DNA from: Eledone cirrhosa
Lineage: Eukaryota
Length of the DNA stretch: 64,000 nucleotides
Reading direction: 5' to 3'
Assembly (NCBI GenBank): GCA_964016885.1
Contig: OZ024743.1
Span: 254,262,001-254,326,000, forward strand
In this document: positions 15,771 to 30,566 of the stretch, one piece after another
Layout: each line of letters begins with the position of its first letter
How positions within the stretch are numbered: the stretch's first letter is position 1
Notes under the pieces: generated by a model
Seen by the model: only the letters and a program-made list of their open reading frames with translations
What the model was told of the DNA's origin: nothing
Database searches by the model: none
Program-made: the position numbers and the translations under genes

Positions 15771-16017
15771 TGAAGATTTCATCTGAATGAAACAGTACTA
15801 GTCCTGTAGAAGCTCCTTCTATAAAATAAAAAAATTTTACTCTGCCATGTATTGAGTACCTTACTTACTGTGGTTATCCCCGACTCAACCCGGGACCTAC
15901 GTATATATATATATATATATAAATACACATAGACAGGAGAATGTATGTAAATATGTGTGTGTCTATACGTGTGTATATAAAGATAAGTTGAGTATGAAAA
16001 TGTATACACATGAATGC

Positions 16018-16060
<43 letters not shown>

Positions 16061-16343
16061 TTGCAAGATTGTTGATATGTAATCGTGTCTTGAAACAAAT
16101 ATTGTTATATTAAATAAAAATGGCTTAGGCATTACAATACAATGGGAGGAAACTTAATAGTACTCCTGATGATGTCACAGATGTGTGACGAAAGACCTTT
16201 GACAGACTATATATATCTATTTACATTTACAAATGTATATAAATAAGTAAATATATATATGTTTGATGTGTATAGTTAGATGTATGTGTATTCATGTATT
16301 AAAGTGTTTATATATATATATATATATATATATTTTATAGAAG

Positions 16344-16396
16344 GAGCTTCTACAGGACTAGTACTGTTTCATTCAGATGAAATCTTCAGGAAGCTC
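16344..16396 (-). ncRNA. Type I hammerhead ribozyme (duplicate of 15718-15770)
   Basis: Identical sequence in the duplicated block. Confidence 0.8.
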
Positions 16397-17093
16397 TGAA
16401 GATTTCATCTGAATGAAACAGTACTAGTCCTGTAGAAGCTCCTTCTATAAAATAAAAAAAATTTACTCTGCCATGTATTGAGTACCTTACTTACTGTGGT
16501 TATCCCCGACTCAACCCGTGACCTACGTATATATATATATATATATATAAATACACATAGACAGGAGTATGTATGTAAATATGTGTGTGTCTATACGTGT
16601 GTATATAAAGATAAGTTGAGTATGAAAATGTATACACATGAATGCGTATGTATGTACATATATATATGTATATATATGTATATGTATATATATATATGTG
16701 CATGTATATATGTATGTAAGTATGAGCATGTAAGTATGTGTATGTGAGTATATGTATTTTGTAGAGGTGTGCATATATGTTTGTGTGTGAATGCGTGGGC
16801 GAAAGGATACGTACACTTGAAAGAAAAATTTAAGTCTGAATGTTAATTAAATGCAAACATAAAACCAACTATCCATATCTATACTATCTCTAATCCTTCT
16901 ATTGATTTAGAAAATTAACCAACGCCAAATAATATATTCTATAAAAATGTCAAAACAACAGATGGGAATCTAATTACTCACTGCCACCAACAATTCTCAC
17001 TGCTATCAAAAAACCACTCCCTTAACTATTCTTCTAACAACTTCACCCCTCCCTCCTAATATTCTCTATAAAAACCAAACAGGTTCTCAATAA

Positions 17094-17219
17094 AATTATT
17101 CTGATGAAACGACAGTTGATAATAACATTGAAATATGGAATGTCTGCATAACTAATACTTTGTAGATAGCAGCTGTTTTCAGGTTATGTAACTGTTATTG
17201 AAACACGTGTCAATAAATT
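17094..17219 (+). ncRNA. Type I hammerhead ribozyme with ~90-nt extended stem II
   Basis: TTATT/AATAA stem I, CTGATGA 17101-17107, long imperfect hairpin, GAAACACGTGTC 17200-17211 (palindromic stem III, GUC). Confidence 0.75.
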
Positions 17220-17714
17220 CCTTTTAACTGAACTGTATCCATTAAATCCTTCTATTTTCTCCGGATTACTTTTGAAACTACAACTGGAACCGTCGAGCAA
17301 ACTCTACGTGAGCTGTCCATCTACTGTGTGTAATATTCATATTACAACACTACGGAAAATATATATACTTTCAGACGTTCAACCAAAATATATATACTTT
17401 CAGACGTTCAACCATCTGACAGGAAGGTATACGATGCTGACTATAGCTAATAAGCTTGAAACTACTACATCGTTCCTGTGTCAGTGTTGGACAAAAAGGT
17501 GACGTGGTTGCCTAAACACTGTACGGCATAATTCGGGCTGTTTGGTTTGTTTACAGACAAACCGAGCATTATAATAAATGTTCGGTAAACCGATGCGTGC
17601 ATATATATATATATATATGTGTGCATGTATGTATATATATACATACTACTGTACGTCTGTATACATATATGTATGTACGTATACATACATACATACTTAC
17701 ATACATACATACTT

Positions 17715-17817
<103 letters not shown>

Positions 17818-18055
17818 TATATACTCTTTTACTCTTTTACCTGTTTCAGCCATCCGGCTGAGGCCATGCTGGGGCACTGCCCTTAAATATATATACATTT
17901 ATTAATAATGTTTTTCTATCTTGTTTGGCTTAATAAAGTTTTATAATCAGGGAACACACATACACACGCACGCATATATATATGCATACATTTATACATA
18001 TAGATGTATAACACATGTAATGCCATTCGTTATATATACACACATTTACCCCTTC

Positions 18056-19033
<978 letters not shown>

Positions 19034-19034
19034 G

Positions 19035-19315
19035 GAGGTACATGGCTTGGTGGTTAGAGCAGTAGGCTTGCAATCGAAAGGTTGTGAGTTCAATTCTCGG
19101 ACCGGGTGATGTGTTGTTTCCTTGAGCAAGACACTTTATTTCACGTTGCTCCAGTTTACTCAGCTGAAAATGAGTACCAGCAATAGTTGGAGGTTTAACC
19201 CTGCGATGGACTGGCATCCTGTCCAGGGAAGAGTAATCTCAGTCGCTTCACGCCATGAAACCGGTTTAAGCACCGGCGAAATGACCCTTCTGACTTAAGA
19301 CAGATTTTAGACTTA
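19035..19315 (+). mobile_element. tRNA-derived SINE with CORE/V-like body
   Basis: A-box TGGCTTGGTGG, B-box GAGTTCAATTCTC, then CCTTGAGCAAGACACTT and CCCTGCGATGGACTGGCATCCTGTCCAGGG. Confidence 0.8.
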
Positions 19316-19582
19316 CGGCCTGCCCACCCAGCCAGTGGGATGGCGTCATCGTATGGCTAAAAACAGCACGTGCTGTGACCAGCGGCGCCAAATGGTCGGT
19401 CAAGGTGATCAAGGTGATATATATAGTAAAATGTTCCAGACCCTGGCGGCAGAGCTCAAGCCATTTCGACGGCTATTTCTGGACATATTTCAGGTCCAGA
19501 AACATTTTGAACATTTTCATATTACCCACTCTACTACCCTAAGCATTGTGTTATGGTCCACCTGGTTCCTTACCACACTTGG

Positions 19583-19651
<69 letters not shown>

Positions 19652-19652
19652 C

Positions 19653-22345
19653 ATATCATAATGAAATGACAGGAGGCTGGATTTGTGTAAATCCTTGAAA
19701 GGTTTATTATACTATGATCATTTCAATGACCGGGTTCCGTATGAATCCGGTGATATCATCAGGTATTCGAAATATAATACGTGAATGTAATAGATAAAAT
19801 CCATGGGGCTGAAAATCGAGGACCCGAGGGCGACCGCTATTCTGTTCCTTCAACCTCAGCCGGTCGCCCTGGAGTGACGTGGTTAAAGTTTATAGTATGC
19901 TACTACCGGTCAGATAAACGAAAACAGAAAGGGATGGGAGCATAAGTTAACGTCGATCTCATGACACAAAGGTAAAAGAAAGAAAGGAAGGAGAGAGAAG
20001 AAGGGGGAAGAAAGAAGGAGAGAAGCCAGGGTTAATGTCAGCTAAAAGAAGAAAGGCAACTACTACCGGTCAGATATAGGCAAGCAAGAGGGGGAAGGAA
20101 GATAAGTCTGCGGGAGGAAGACAGGAGGAGGGGAGAAGAGAAGGAAGGGAAGAGAGAAGTAGAAAAGTAAGGGTTGATGGCTACAAGAAGGAAGATAGAA
20201 AGAAAGAGGAAGAAAGGTCGATATTAATGTCAGACCACAGTCTAGCCAGGAGTGGCGCGAGAAAATATTCACAGGGACCCGCATCTTAGCAGAGGTGAAT
20301 ATATTGGGAGTCAGTGTGTTACAGTGTTTAGACTTCTAGGATGAAGTTAAAAAAATTAATAATCAATATTTAATATTAAAGAGGTTAGAAAATTTAAAGT
20401 TCAGCAGTTTAACATTTAATTATATAATAGTTCCGATTTGTTCTGTAATTTAAAGGTACTATGTGGCGGTTAAAACACCGGCCGCGCCCCAGGCCCCATG
20501 GCGAATTAAGCTACGCCGAGTATTTTCATTTACTGAAAGAAGGGGAAATTTATTTTTCCAAGCACTCCAGGTGAGCTCGTTCGCCAGGGAGCTGGTCGCG
20601 CCGCCATTAAAACCCACCCAACAGTCCGACAGAAAGTTGGAACTTTAAAATTTTGCTTAGAGAAGTAAAAGAGTAATGGTTGATAGCTACAAGAAGGAAG
20701 ATAGAAAGAGAGAGGAAGGAAGGTCAATATTAATGTCACACAACAGTCGGGCCAGGAGTGGCGCGACAAAATTTTCACAGGGACCCGCATCTTAGCAGAG
20801 GTGAATATATTGGGGGTCAGTGTGTTACAATGTTTAGACTTATAGGATGAAGTTAAAAAATTAATAATCAATATTTCATATTAAAGAGGTTAGAAAATTT
20901 AAAGCTCAACAGTTTCAGGTTGATATATCTAATAGTTCCGATTTGTTCTGTAATTTAAAGGTACTATTTGGCGGTTAAAACACCGGCCGGGCCCCATGGC
21001 GAATTAAGCCACGCCGAGTATTTTCATTTACCGAAAGAAGGGGAAATTTATTTTTCCAAGCTCTCCAGGTGAGCTCGTTCGCCAGGGAGCTGGTCGCGCC
21101 GCCGCTAAAACCCACCCAACGGTCCGACAGAAAGTTGGAACTTTAGAATTTTGCTTAACTCTATCGGATGAAGTTGAAAGAATTCAGAATAACATTATAA
21201 AACTAAGGAGTAAGAAGATTGAGAATTGAACAAACAGAAAATTGAAGATTAAACATTCAAATAACTTCTATGAGGTTTGGGGTTGCGGGGTTTAATTAAA
21301 TAGAGTCTTTTATGAAGAAACGTTAATTGTGTTATGTAGATCTGTAATTTATCCTAGTGGGATGTAGAGTACGGGATATAGTCGTGTAATGTTTAATTTT
21401 TGTTCTCAGGAGGAGACATTCTAGTGTTGTGTGCTAATGGGTACAGGTCCCAATGTGAGGAGTAGAAATAAATGGATACATAGAAGTGGAATACGTGGAA
21501 GAGCACATTGGTACAGCAGAGGTATAAATATATAAACATATAAATATATAGGTATAAACATGTAAATAAACCAACAAGAGTGGTGTTGGAGTAAGATGGA
21601 GAAATCAACACATAGGAGAATTACAATATAGTTCAGGTTGCAGTATTTATGTTCCCGGGGGGGTGGGGGCAATCCTGTGTCGTGTGCTGAGGGTGCACGC
21701 GAGTAAGAGTCCGAATAAGGGGAGTAAAAAGTACATGGATGTATAGAGGTAGAGTACGTGGAAAGACATTAATACAGCAAACAAAGATGTGAAGATATAG
21801 ATAAACAAACAATAGTCATTGTCTAGTAAATGTAGAGTTCAAGACACAGGAGAAATACAATATAGTTCAGGTTGCGGTATTTATGTTCCCAGGGGGAGAT
21901 ATTCCAGTGACGTGTGCTAAGGGTACACGCGAGTAAAAGTCCGAATAAGGGAAGTAGAAAGTACATGGATGTATAGAGGTAGAATGCAGGGCGACCGGCT
22001 GAGGTTGAAGGAACAGAATAGCGGTCGCCCTCGGGTCCTCGATTTTCAGCCCCATGGGTTTTATCTATTACATTCACGTATTATATTTCGAATACCTAAT
22101 GATATCACCGGATTCATACGGAACCCGGTCATTGAAATGATCATAGTATAATAAACCTTTCAAGGATTTACACAAATCCAGCCTCCTGTCATTTCATTAT
22201 GATATTTAACTCCGTAATAGCACCACCAACTACAAAAACAAAGACGGTTGAACTGCTTTACGTTGAATACTCTCTATATTATTGCATTACGATTGACCAT
22301 ACGGAATAGACCAGCTCTATACAGTGGTGAACCTCAAACCTGAAT
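19653..22345. mobile_element. Non-coding PLE-derived element with 220-bp inverted pseudo-LTRs and internal tandem duplications
   Basis: 19653-19872 is inverted at 21987-22206; internal ~507-bp duplication (20152/20659); same pseudo-LTR family as 61494-62570. Confidence 0.8.
19709..19766 (-). ncRNA. Type I hammerhead ribozyme (plus-strand partner near 22093-22150 has core CTAATGA)
   Basis: ATAC-CTGATGA-[CCGG..CCGG hairpin]-GAAATGATCATA-GTAT; palindromic stem III, AUA triplet. Confidence 0.75.
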
Positions 22346-22399
22346 ATATATTTATATATATATATTATATTTATACATTTTATACATACACAACTACAA

Positions 22400-22460
<61 letters not shown>

Positions 22461-23214
22461 CGTGTGCTTTCTTCCTTGTTATGTCTTCCCCTTTCCTTCC
22501 TCATATTACTCTTTATCTTTCTATTTTATCTTTTATTCCTAACACTATCGTCTGATGAAGGACTAGTCTCCGAAACGCTAAGGCACTTTTCATGTTGTTT
22601 GTCATTTCTGTTTGCTTTTTGCACATATATGATATTTATATATTTATATATCTATATACCCATAACCATAGGTATATACACCAATAGATATTCATATATT
22701 CTCCCCTCTCAGCAGATGTCTATATATTAATTATATTTCATATGTACATGCACATATCTACACTCACCACCACACAATCACATATGCCTGCATATATGTA
22801 AACATGCAGAAATGTACAAAGCCACATACATATACGCATTTGTACACATTTGCTTGTTTGTTAGAAATACATATATTAATTATTATTCAAAAGAAAGTGT
22901 TACCATACACACAGAAGTTCAGATGCCAAAAATATGCGCATAAATACACACGCAAGTACTAATATATTCACACATATGCTTATATATAAGCAATTTGCTT
23001 CATAGTATATATATGTGTGTGATTTAGTGTTTGTGTTCGAGTAAATGTGTTTGTTTGTGTATGTGTAAATATATTAATAATAATTTAAAATAATGCCATA
23101 CACATATAAACATAGAGATATCTACATACATTGACACACAACTTACACAACACATATCCTGATATAAACATACTTCCTGAAAAATGTGTACACACAGACA
23201 CAAACACACACACA

Positions 23215-23239
23215 CATATATATGTATATATATATGTAA

Positions 23240-23276
<37 letters not shown>

Positions 23277-23393
23277 TACATATATATATATACATATATA
23301 TATATATACATATATATATATACATATATACACATATATATATACATATATATACATATATATATATACATATATAGATATATATATATATAC

Positions 23394-23484
<91 letters not shown>

Positions 23485-23497
23485 TAAATATATATAA

Positions 23498-23564
<67 letters not shown>

Positions 23565-23616
23565 TATACATATATAAATATATATATATACATATATATA
23601 CATATATATACATATG

Positions 23617-23648
<32 letters not shown>

Positions 23649-23870
23649 CATATATATACGTATATATATATATATACATATATATACATATGTATATATA
23701 CATATATATGTATATATACTAAAGTCTGTCATATATATACATATGTATATATACATATATATACATATATATATATATATAACATATATATACATATATA
23801 CATATATATATATATACATATATATACATATATACATATATATATATATATAACATATATATACATATAT
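23215..23870. repeat. Long degenerate (TA)n/(TACATA)n tract
   Basis: Direct inspection; similar tracts at 28926-29495, 38972-39463 and 45340-46870. Confidence 0.95.
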
Positions 23871-23907
23871 GATGGCTGCCCCCTCGTTATCGAGTATGGC
23901 CATTGCA

Positions 23908-23996
<89 letters not shown>

Positions 23997-24075
23997 GCAA
24001 TAATAATAATAACGACAACAACAATAATAATATACATATTCATATATATATACACACACACGCACGCACATAAGC

Positions 24076-24109
<34 letters not shown>

Positions 24110-24115
<6 letters not shown>

Positions 24116-27100
24116 GATAGCAACTAACAGTGCTGCGATCGAATGTGGCTTTTTAGCCCAGCCAATGATCCAAAATGTCTTGCACAGAGTCGGCAACCAA
24201 AACATTTACTGGGAATAGTCGGCTGTGGTTGGAGTTCGTGTACTTTTGCATGTCGCTTGAGTCCTCCTGCTGATTTACATTCTCTACCACATGTTTGGCA
24301 AGCATGATGAGTAGCATCTCCAACAGCAGCCTGGTAGTCAACCACTGGTCTTACTTTATGACTGCGAAGATGACTTTCGAGTCCAGCTTTGCTTAGGCAG
24401 AGTCTCGCACAGACGCTGCATGTCAGAAACATAGGAGGACCTTCGCCGTCTGGAAGTGCAACAGCAATACCCTTCCTCACGTCCCGCTTTACTTTCTCGT
24501 GTGCGATTCGAGATGCCTCAAAGGCAACTTTTCCCTCATATACAGTCTTTCTCCATTTATTACGATCAGCAGCAATATTTTCCCATGTATCAGCAGAGAT
24601 GTTAGCGTCTTTCAGAGAGGCCTTCAAGGAATCCTTATACCTCTTTTTTGGTTTATGTGGCGGTCGTTTTCCTTTAACCAACTCTCCATAGAAGAGTTGT
24701 TTTGGTATTCTAGAATCCTTCATCCTGGCAAGGTGACCACTCCAACGGAGTCGCTGCTTAAGCACAAGAGCTTCTATACTGTCACACATAGAGCTTTCCA
24801 AAATCTCGACATCACTGATGTGGTCCCTCCAGTGAACGCCATGTATCCGTCTGAGACACATCTGATGGAAACGCTCCAATTGCTTAAGGTGGCGTCGATA
24901 TGTGACCCAGGTCTCGCAGGCATAAAGAAGACAAGAGAGTACACATGCCCTGTACACCCTTACCTTTGTCCTCCTGCATATGTCTCGCCGACCCCAGAGT
25001 CGCCTTTCTAGCTTTCCGAAAGCATCACTTGCTTTCCTAATCCTAAGTGAGATTTCACTGTCAAGGTTGCCGTATCGATTGACAGTGCTTCCCAGGTAGA
25101 CAAACTGATCAACCACTCCAAGTCGTTTGCCATACACATAGATGTTTGGTTCAGTGTACTGCCTACCAGGTGCAGGTTGGTACATGACGACGGTTTTCTT
25201 GAGACTGACAGTCAAACCCAGGGCAGTGCAAGCGTCAGAAAATACATTCAAAATGTGCTGCATATCACTCTCTGTGTGCGCTACAAGATCGCAATCATCT
25301 GCATACAAGAGGTCTCTTATGACTGATGTAAATACTTTTGTCTTCGCAGCAAAGCGCCTGATGTTAAATATGCTGCCTGAGGTTCGATATCGGATGTAAA
25401 CACCATGCTCGCAATTCCTGAATGCAATACAGAAAACCATTGCAAAGTATATGGCAAACAGGGTCGGTGCTGGAATATCCCCCTGTTTCACTCCATTTTT
25501 TACTGAGATAGGCTCCGACATGTTACCTCCGACATTAACCCAAGCCTTCATGTCGTCATGGAAAGACCTAACTAAAGCAAGGAACTTATCAGGGCAACCA
25601 AGTTTCTGGAGAACCTTCCATAATGCATCTCTGTTGACAGTATCGAAAGCCTTTGTCAGATCGACAAAAACCTGATACAGATCCAAGCCCTGTTCAATGC
25701 ACTTCTCCTGGAGCTGTCTAGCTGAGAAGATCATATCAGTAGTGCCGCGTCCAACACGAAAACCAGATTGACTTTCAGGAAGGACACAATCTGCAATGTG
25801 TGTCAGCAGACGGTCCAGAAGCACCCTACATAAAACTTTCCCCACGACAGAAAGCAATGATATACCTCTGTAGTTCCCACAATCATTCCTGTTACCCTTT
25901 CCCTTGTACAAGACCACCATTACTGCATCTCTCCAGTCCTCAGGCACGGATTCATTAGCCCATATCCTTCCAAACAGAGAGTGAAGATGTTGCAGGAGTC
26001 TCTCACCACCATATTGTAGGAGCTCAGCATGTATGCCATCCATACCTGGAGATCTTCCACTGTTCAGCTTCGAAATAGCCACTGCAACCTCCACAAGTGT
26101 CGGAGGCTCTGCGAGAGCTACTTTCACAGGACTTTCCGGAATGAGATTGAGGAAATCTTCACTGACGACAGACGGCTGATTCAAAAGATCATCAAAGTGC
26201 TCCCGCCACCTTCGTAGAATTCCCTGTGAGTCACGAAGAAGTTCTTTGCCATCCCTGCTGCGAATCGGTGTCACCAGAGAAGAAGACGGTCCATAAACCT
26301 CACGCAAGAGACTGTACAACAGCTTTGTGTTATTGCAATCAGACGCAGTTTGTATCTCACCAGCCTTCTCACTCCACCACTGATCCTTCATCTGAGAAAG
26401 ACTCCGCCTAACACGTGATTTTACATCCCTGAGCTCCTCATGCAACGTATTCCTCTCCTGTGGTCTTGCCGTCAAGTAGCGTGACAGAGCGCGCCTCTTA
26501 TCAGCCAACAAGTCATCTATATGCACATCTTTCTCATTAAACCAGTCCTGATGTTTTCTCTGCACCAATCCCAGAACACGTCTGCCTACATCATAAACCG
26601 ACTTTTTAAGGGTCGGCCAATCCTCACCAAGATCTGCAGCCTGCATCTCTTCTTCCAATGTCCTCTTCACATTTTTATCCTTAAGACGAGCAGCATTCAA
26701 TCTTTTGGGCAGGGTAACACCAGGAGCCCGGATTTTACGTTTGGTGATTAGATTCACTTTTGCGCGTACCAGGCGGTGGTCCGTCCAGCACTCAGCTCCA
26801 CGAAGAACACGAACACACCGCACATCCTGTCTGTCACGCATCCTGACTAGGACGTAGTCCAAAAGATGCCATTCCTTAGATGCAGGATGCATCCATGTGG
26901 TCTTGAATTTGTTCTTTTGTTGGAACATGGTGTTGGTAACACACAGATCCAGCTCCTCACACATCTGCAGCAAGAGCATACCATTGCTGTTACACTTTCC
27001 CACCCCATGCCTTCCGATTACATTCCATGTGTTAAAATCCCTACCCACTCTAGCATTAAAGTCACCAAGCACGATGACTTTGTCTGCCTGAGGGATATTT

Positions 27101-27677
27101 CTTAAAACACCTTTCAAGGCATGGTAAAAGGACAGTTTTTCTTCATCGACAGAATTCATAGTTGGAGCATACACACTCACCAGGGTAGCATATCTTCCCT
27201 TGTCCAGCGGAACTCTCATGGACATAAGACGCTCACTAATCCCCACTGGGAATTCTTCCAATTTATTCACCAGTACAGTCTTAACAGCAAATCCTACCCC
27301 AGCCTCTCTTCTGGTTCCTTCATCTCTTCCTTTCCAGAAGAATGTATATTCTCCACAAAATTCCGTAAGATGACCATCTCCAGCTAACCTCGTCTCAGAC
27401 AAAGCCACGATGTCAAGATCGTAACGTCGAAGCTCCTTCGCAACAAGAGCGGTCCTTCGTTCAGGACGCTCCAAAGAATCCCTGTCAAGCAGCGTCCGTA
27501 CGTTCCAGCAGCCAAGACTAAATGCCCTGTTTGGCTCTATTACAATGGCACGATGACGGGCGGGCCCAGGTTGTGATAACTTGGGGCCCCTGCCCTTATT
27601 GCCAATGATCTTTTTTGTTCCAGAACCCAAATTGGCAATTATCTCGTTTACATTGTTCTGGAACATCATTGAATTGG

Positions 27678-27712
<35 letters not shown>

Positions 27713-27717
27713 TAATA

Positions 27718-27752
<35 letters not shown>

Positions 27753-28055
27753 ACACTATTAATAATTATTAATGCACTCGTGCAATGCCTGTGCGTGACG
27801 AATATTTTTAAAGTGAGGAAAGACTGTGCACTGAACCAATCCCACTCTCTGAGCGACAGTAGCTATAACCCGAAAAGAAGAAAAGATCAACATCATCGGT
27901 AACTACTGAGCCGCAGGTTTTATATCGGAGTTAACCCAGTTTCCTGAGATGCCTTCTCCTAGAAGAATACCCTGACATGGGCTAGGGGTTCTTCACTCCC
28001 AGTGGTTTAACTGCGCGATCGGGCATCCAGCCCGATTATTTCTATGTCCCCGCGC
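24110..28055 (-). mobile_element. Apparently full-length RTE-clade LINE
   Basis: Single intact ORF, ~380-bp upstream region to 28055, very short 3' UTR running into simple repeats. Confidence 0.85.
24124..27669 (-). CDS. RTE LINE polyprotein: APE endonuclease, reverse transcriptase, three C-terminal C2H2 zinc fingers (1181 aa)
   Basis: APE motifs [31 protein letters not shown]; RT motifs YRGISLL, QSGFR, DLTKAFD, GVKQG, LYADD; fingers CSVC..HLRSH, CQTC..HAKVH, CRLC..HIRSQH. Confidence 0.95.
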   Translation of the reverse strand: MMFQNNVNEIIANLGSGTKKIIGNKGRGPKLSQPGPARHRAIVIEPNRAFSLGCWNVRTLLDRDSLERPERRTALVAKELRRYDLDIVALSETRLAGDGHLTEFCGEYTFFWKGRDEGTRREAGVGFAVKTVLVNKLEEFPVGISERLMSMRVPLDKGRYATLVSVYAPTMNSVDEEKLSFYHALKGVLRNIPQADKVIVLGDFNARVGRDFNTWNVIGRHGVGKCNSNGMLLLQMCEELDLCVTNTMFQQKNKFKTTWMHPASKEWHLLDYVLVRMRDRQDVRCVRVLRGAECWTDHRLVRAKVNLITKRKIRAPGVTLPKRLNAARLKDKNVKRTLEEEMQAADLGEDWPTLKKSVYDVGRRVLGLVQRKHQDWFNEKDVHIDDLLADKRRALSRYLTARPQERNTLHEELRDVKSRVRRSLSQMKDQWWSEKAGEIQTASDCNNTKLLYSLLREVYGPSSSLVTPIRSRDGKELLRDSQGILRRWREHFDDLLNQPSVVSEDFLNLIPESPVKVALAEPPTLVEVAVAISKLNSGRSPGMDGIHAELLQYGGERLLQHLHSLFGRIWANESVPEDWRDAVMVVLYKGKGNRNDCGNYRGISLLSVVGKVLCRVLLDRLLTHIADCVLPESQSGFRVGRGTTDMIFSARQLQEKCIEQGLDLYQVFVDLTKAFDTVNRDALWKVLQKLGCPDKFLALVRSFHDDMKAWVNVGGNMSEPISVKNGVKQGDIPAPTLFAIYFAMVFCIAFRNCEHGVYIRYRTSGSIFNIRRFAAKTKVFTSVIRDLLYADDCDLVAHTESDMQHILNVFSDACTALGLTVSLKKTVVMYQPAPGRQYTEPNIYVYGKRLGVVDQFVYLGSTVNRYGNLDSEISLRIRKASDAFGKLERRLWGRRDICRRTKVRVYRACVLSCLLYACETWVTYRRHLKQLERFHQMCLRRIHGVHWRDHISDVEILESSMCDSIEALVLKQRLRWSGHLARMKDSRIPKQLFYGELVKGKRPPHKPKKRYKDSLKASLKDANISADTWENIAADRNKWRKTVYEGKVAFEASRIAHEKVKRDVRKGIAVALPDGEGPPMFLTCSVCARLCLSKAGLESHLRSHKVRPVVDYQAAVGDATHHACQTCGRECKSAGGLKRHAKVHELQPQPTIPSKCFGCRLCARHFGSLAGLKSHIRSQHC

Positions 28056-28520
28056 AAAAAAAAAAAAAAAAAAAAAAATTACTTATTGACACTTATACGT
28101 ACGACATACACACACACGCATACATATGCGTGCACACAGCAACACTCACACACACAACAAACACACACACATGCTACTCTACTCACTTACACGCACACAC
28201 ACACATATATATATATATATTACCGTCATTACTGATACAAGATTACCAGATTATGTCAACTGTTGACTTTCAAGAGTTTGTATAGTTGAAGCCGATCGTA
28301 TTACAGTCCAGTATTACTATAATTGCTTTACAGCATAGAGTTATGGCTCTCCACGGAGTCAACAAAAGAGAGTACCAGTGATGCGCTGGCCAGTCGCTGG
28401 ATCCGTGCCAAAAGCAGAAAAATTATTATTAAAGTTGTTCTTAAGGCCAGGTCGCTGGTGATGGTGATGGCGACGGCGGTGGCGGTGGTGGTGGTGGTGG
28501 CAGTTGATGTTGTTGTTCTG

Positions 28521-28553
<33 letters not shown>

Positions 28554-29233
28554 GTTATTTTGAGTTTTTTTTTTTTTTCCTTTCTTTTTTTTCTCCTTTT
28601 TTTTTTCCCTTTTTTTTTTTTTTCCCCTTCCCTTTTCTTTTTTCTTTTCCCTTCCTTTTTTTTATGTTTTGATGCCGCTGTTGTTGTTGTTGTTGTAATT
28701 GTTGTAAATGTTCATTTCAGTTCATTCTGAAGCTGTTGTTGCTGTAAACATTAGGGCCGGTGTTGTTGTTGTTGTAGATGTTGGGGTTGAAATCTGGTTG
28801 TTTGACTGAGTGATGTATATACACACATATACATACACACACATATATATATATACATTCATCAGAGAGTAGAGAGTTTGACAACAGGTCGATGACTTTA
28901 GTCTCGATAGGGTATGGTATGGTAATATACATATATACATATATATATACATATATATACATATATACATATATATATCTACATATATATACATATATAC
29001 ATATATACACATATATATGTATACATATATATACATATATATATACATATTTATATATACATATATATACATATATACATATATATACATATATATACAT
29101 ATATATATACATATATACATATATACACTTATATATACATATATACACATATATATACATATATATATATACATATATACATATATATATACATATATAT
29201 ACATATATACATATATATATATACATATATATA

Positions 29234-29281
<48 letters not shown>

Positions 29282-29392
29282 CGGTGCCCCAGCATGGCCT
29301 CAGCCGGATGACTGAAACAGGTAAAAGAATAAAAGAGTATACATATATATATATAAATATATATATATTTATATATATATACATATATATAC

Positions 29393-29469
<77 letters not shown>

Positions 29470-29496
29470 TACATATATATACATATATGTATATGT

Positions 29497-30200
29497 TGCA
29501 CTGGTAGATCACATTACGATCTCGGCATTTGTTGTTGAGCGTGCAAAGGGATCTATCAGGACAGTAACAGCTCCTGGTCGGCTCTCCACTGCTGTCTAGG
29601 TTATTTTTATAGCTTAGCAATACCAATGAGAGATTTGGTTATTGTGGGGATGGATTAGTAACCAGAAATTGTTTTTTATATATTTATTTCCTCATTTTTA
29701 TAATGGCTTTTTTGTTTATTCCTTTTCGATTTACCTATTCTTTCAACCCCCCTCCCCTTCTCCAGTACACTTTTTTCGACCTTCTATACACTATCCTTAG
29801 AATCTGCTGTATAGATTTCACTTTCAACGCTTGACTGGGTTTCCCCCACACCCTCTTTATTCTACCGGCAAGTTCAGCTATCCATACCTTCCAGTAAATG
29901 CCATGATAGAATCATCTGTCTTTACAACAAACTTTTGACCAATCCTTTTGACAATTGCTATCTTCCCATATATGGAATTATTCCCTGAGAAGTTGGGCTA
30001 TTCATTTACCAGGCTAAAAATTCTTGTTTAGTCGAGAATTAGTCGTCGAAACGGCTTGAGCTCTGCCGTCGGGTTATGATTTTTCCTATTACCCACTCTA
30101 CTACCCTAATTATTGAGTACTTTGGTGCGTTATTGTCCATCTGGTGGTTTTCCCCTGTTTAATTGATAGCGCACTGTATCTCTCAACATATTGTATTTTA
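29497..30200. mobile_element. PLE fragment of the 59764-61228 family: inverted coding piece plus pseudo-LTR with decayed hammerhead
   Basis: Minus [37 protein letters not shown] (29497-29612); plus about 29785-30090 matches about 60925-61228, including GAAACGGC..GCCGTC. Confidence 0.8.
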
Positions 30201-30488
30201 AAGAGCTCAGGATTTCCTCTCCTTTGAACACATTATTTACAGGGAATGGCGAGAATCTATGGCTCCGTTAATTTATCGTGATATTTCGCTCCTTATAACA
30301 GTCTTTCCTATCTCTCTGTTTGGTTGACCACACTTCTCTGAGTGGTTTTGGGCTGCTCTTTCTAGTAGCTCGTCCCTCAGAGGCCACTGGTTCACTGCCC
30401 TTAAACACGCTGTGACTTCTCTCTCCCACGTGTAGCTGGACAGTCATTTTAAAATTCTCTTAGTGTTGTCTGAAATGTATAGCCTTAA

Positions 30489-30566
30489 ACACGCTGAAGA
30501 ATCGTGGTTATTCAATTTTTGTCAACAACTTACTGGCGAAACAGATCTCTTTGGATTTGTACGTGT
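30489..30566 (+). ncRNA. Type I hammerhead ribozyme with stable stem III
   Basis: ACACG/CGTGT stem I, CTGAAGA 30494-30500, GAAA 30538-30541, ACAGATC/GATTTGT stem III, GUA triplet; stem II pairing weak. Confidence 0.65.

Larger units (their letters stand above)
14895..16650. repeat. Composite of two PLE pseudo-LTR families, inverted and tandemly duplicated (~630-650 bp period)
   Basis: 15069-15240 is inverted at 15408-15582; the block about 15297-15960 repeats at about 15923-16640; 14900-15240 is homologous (reverse complement) to 63370-63640. Confidence 0.8.

Noticed and set aside
19035-19105. tRNA gene
   Set aside because: tRNA-like head continues into a SINE body; cloverleaf incomplete.
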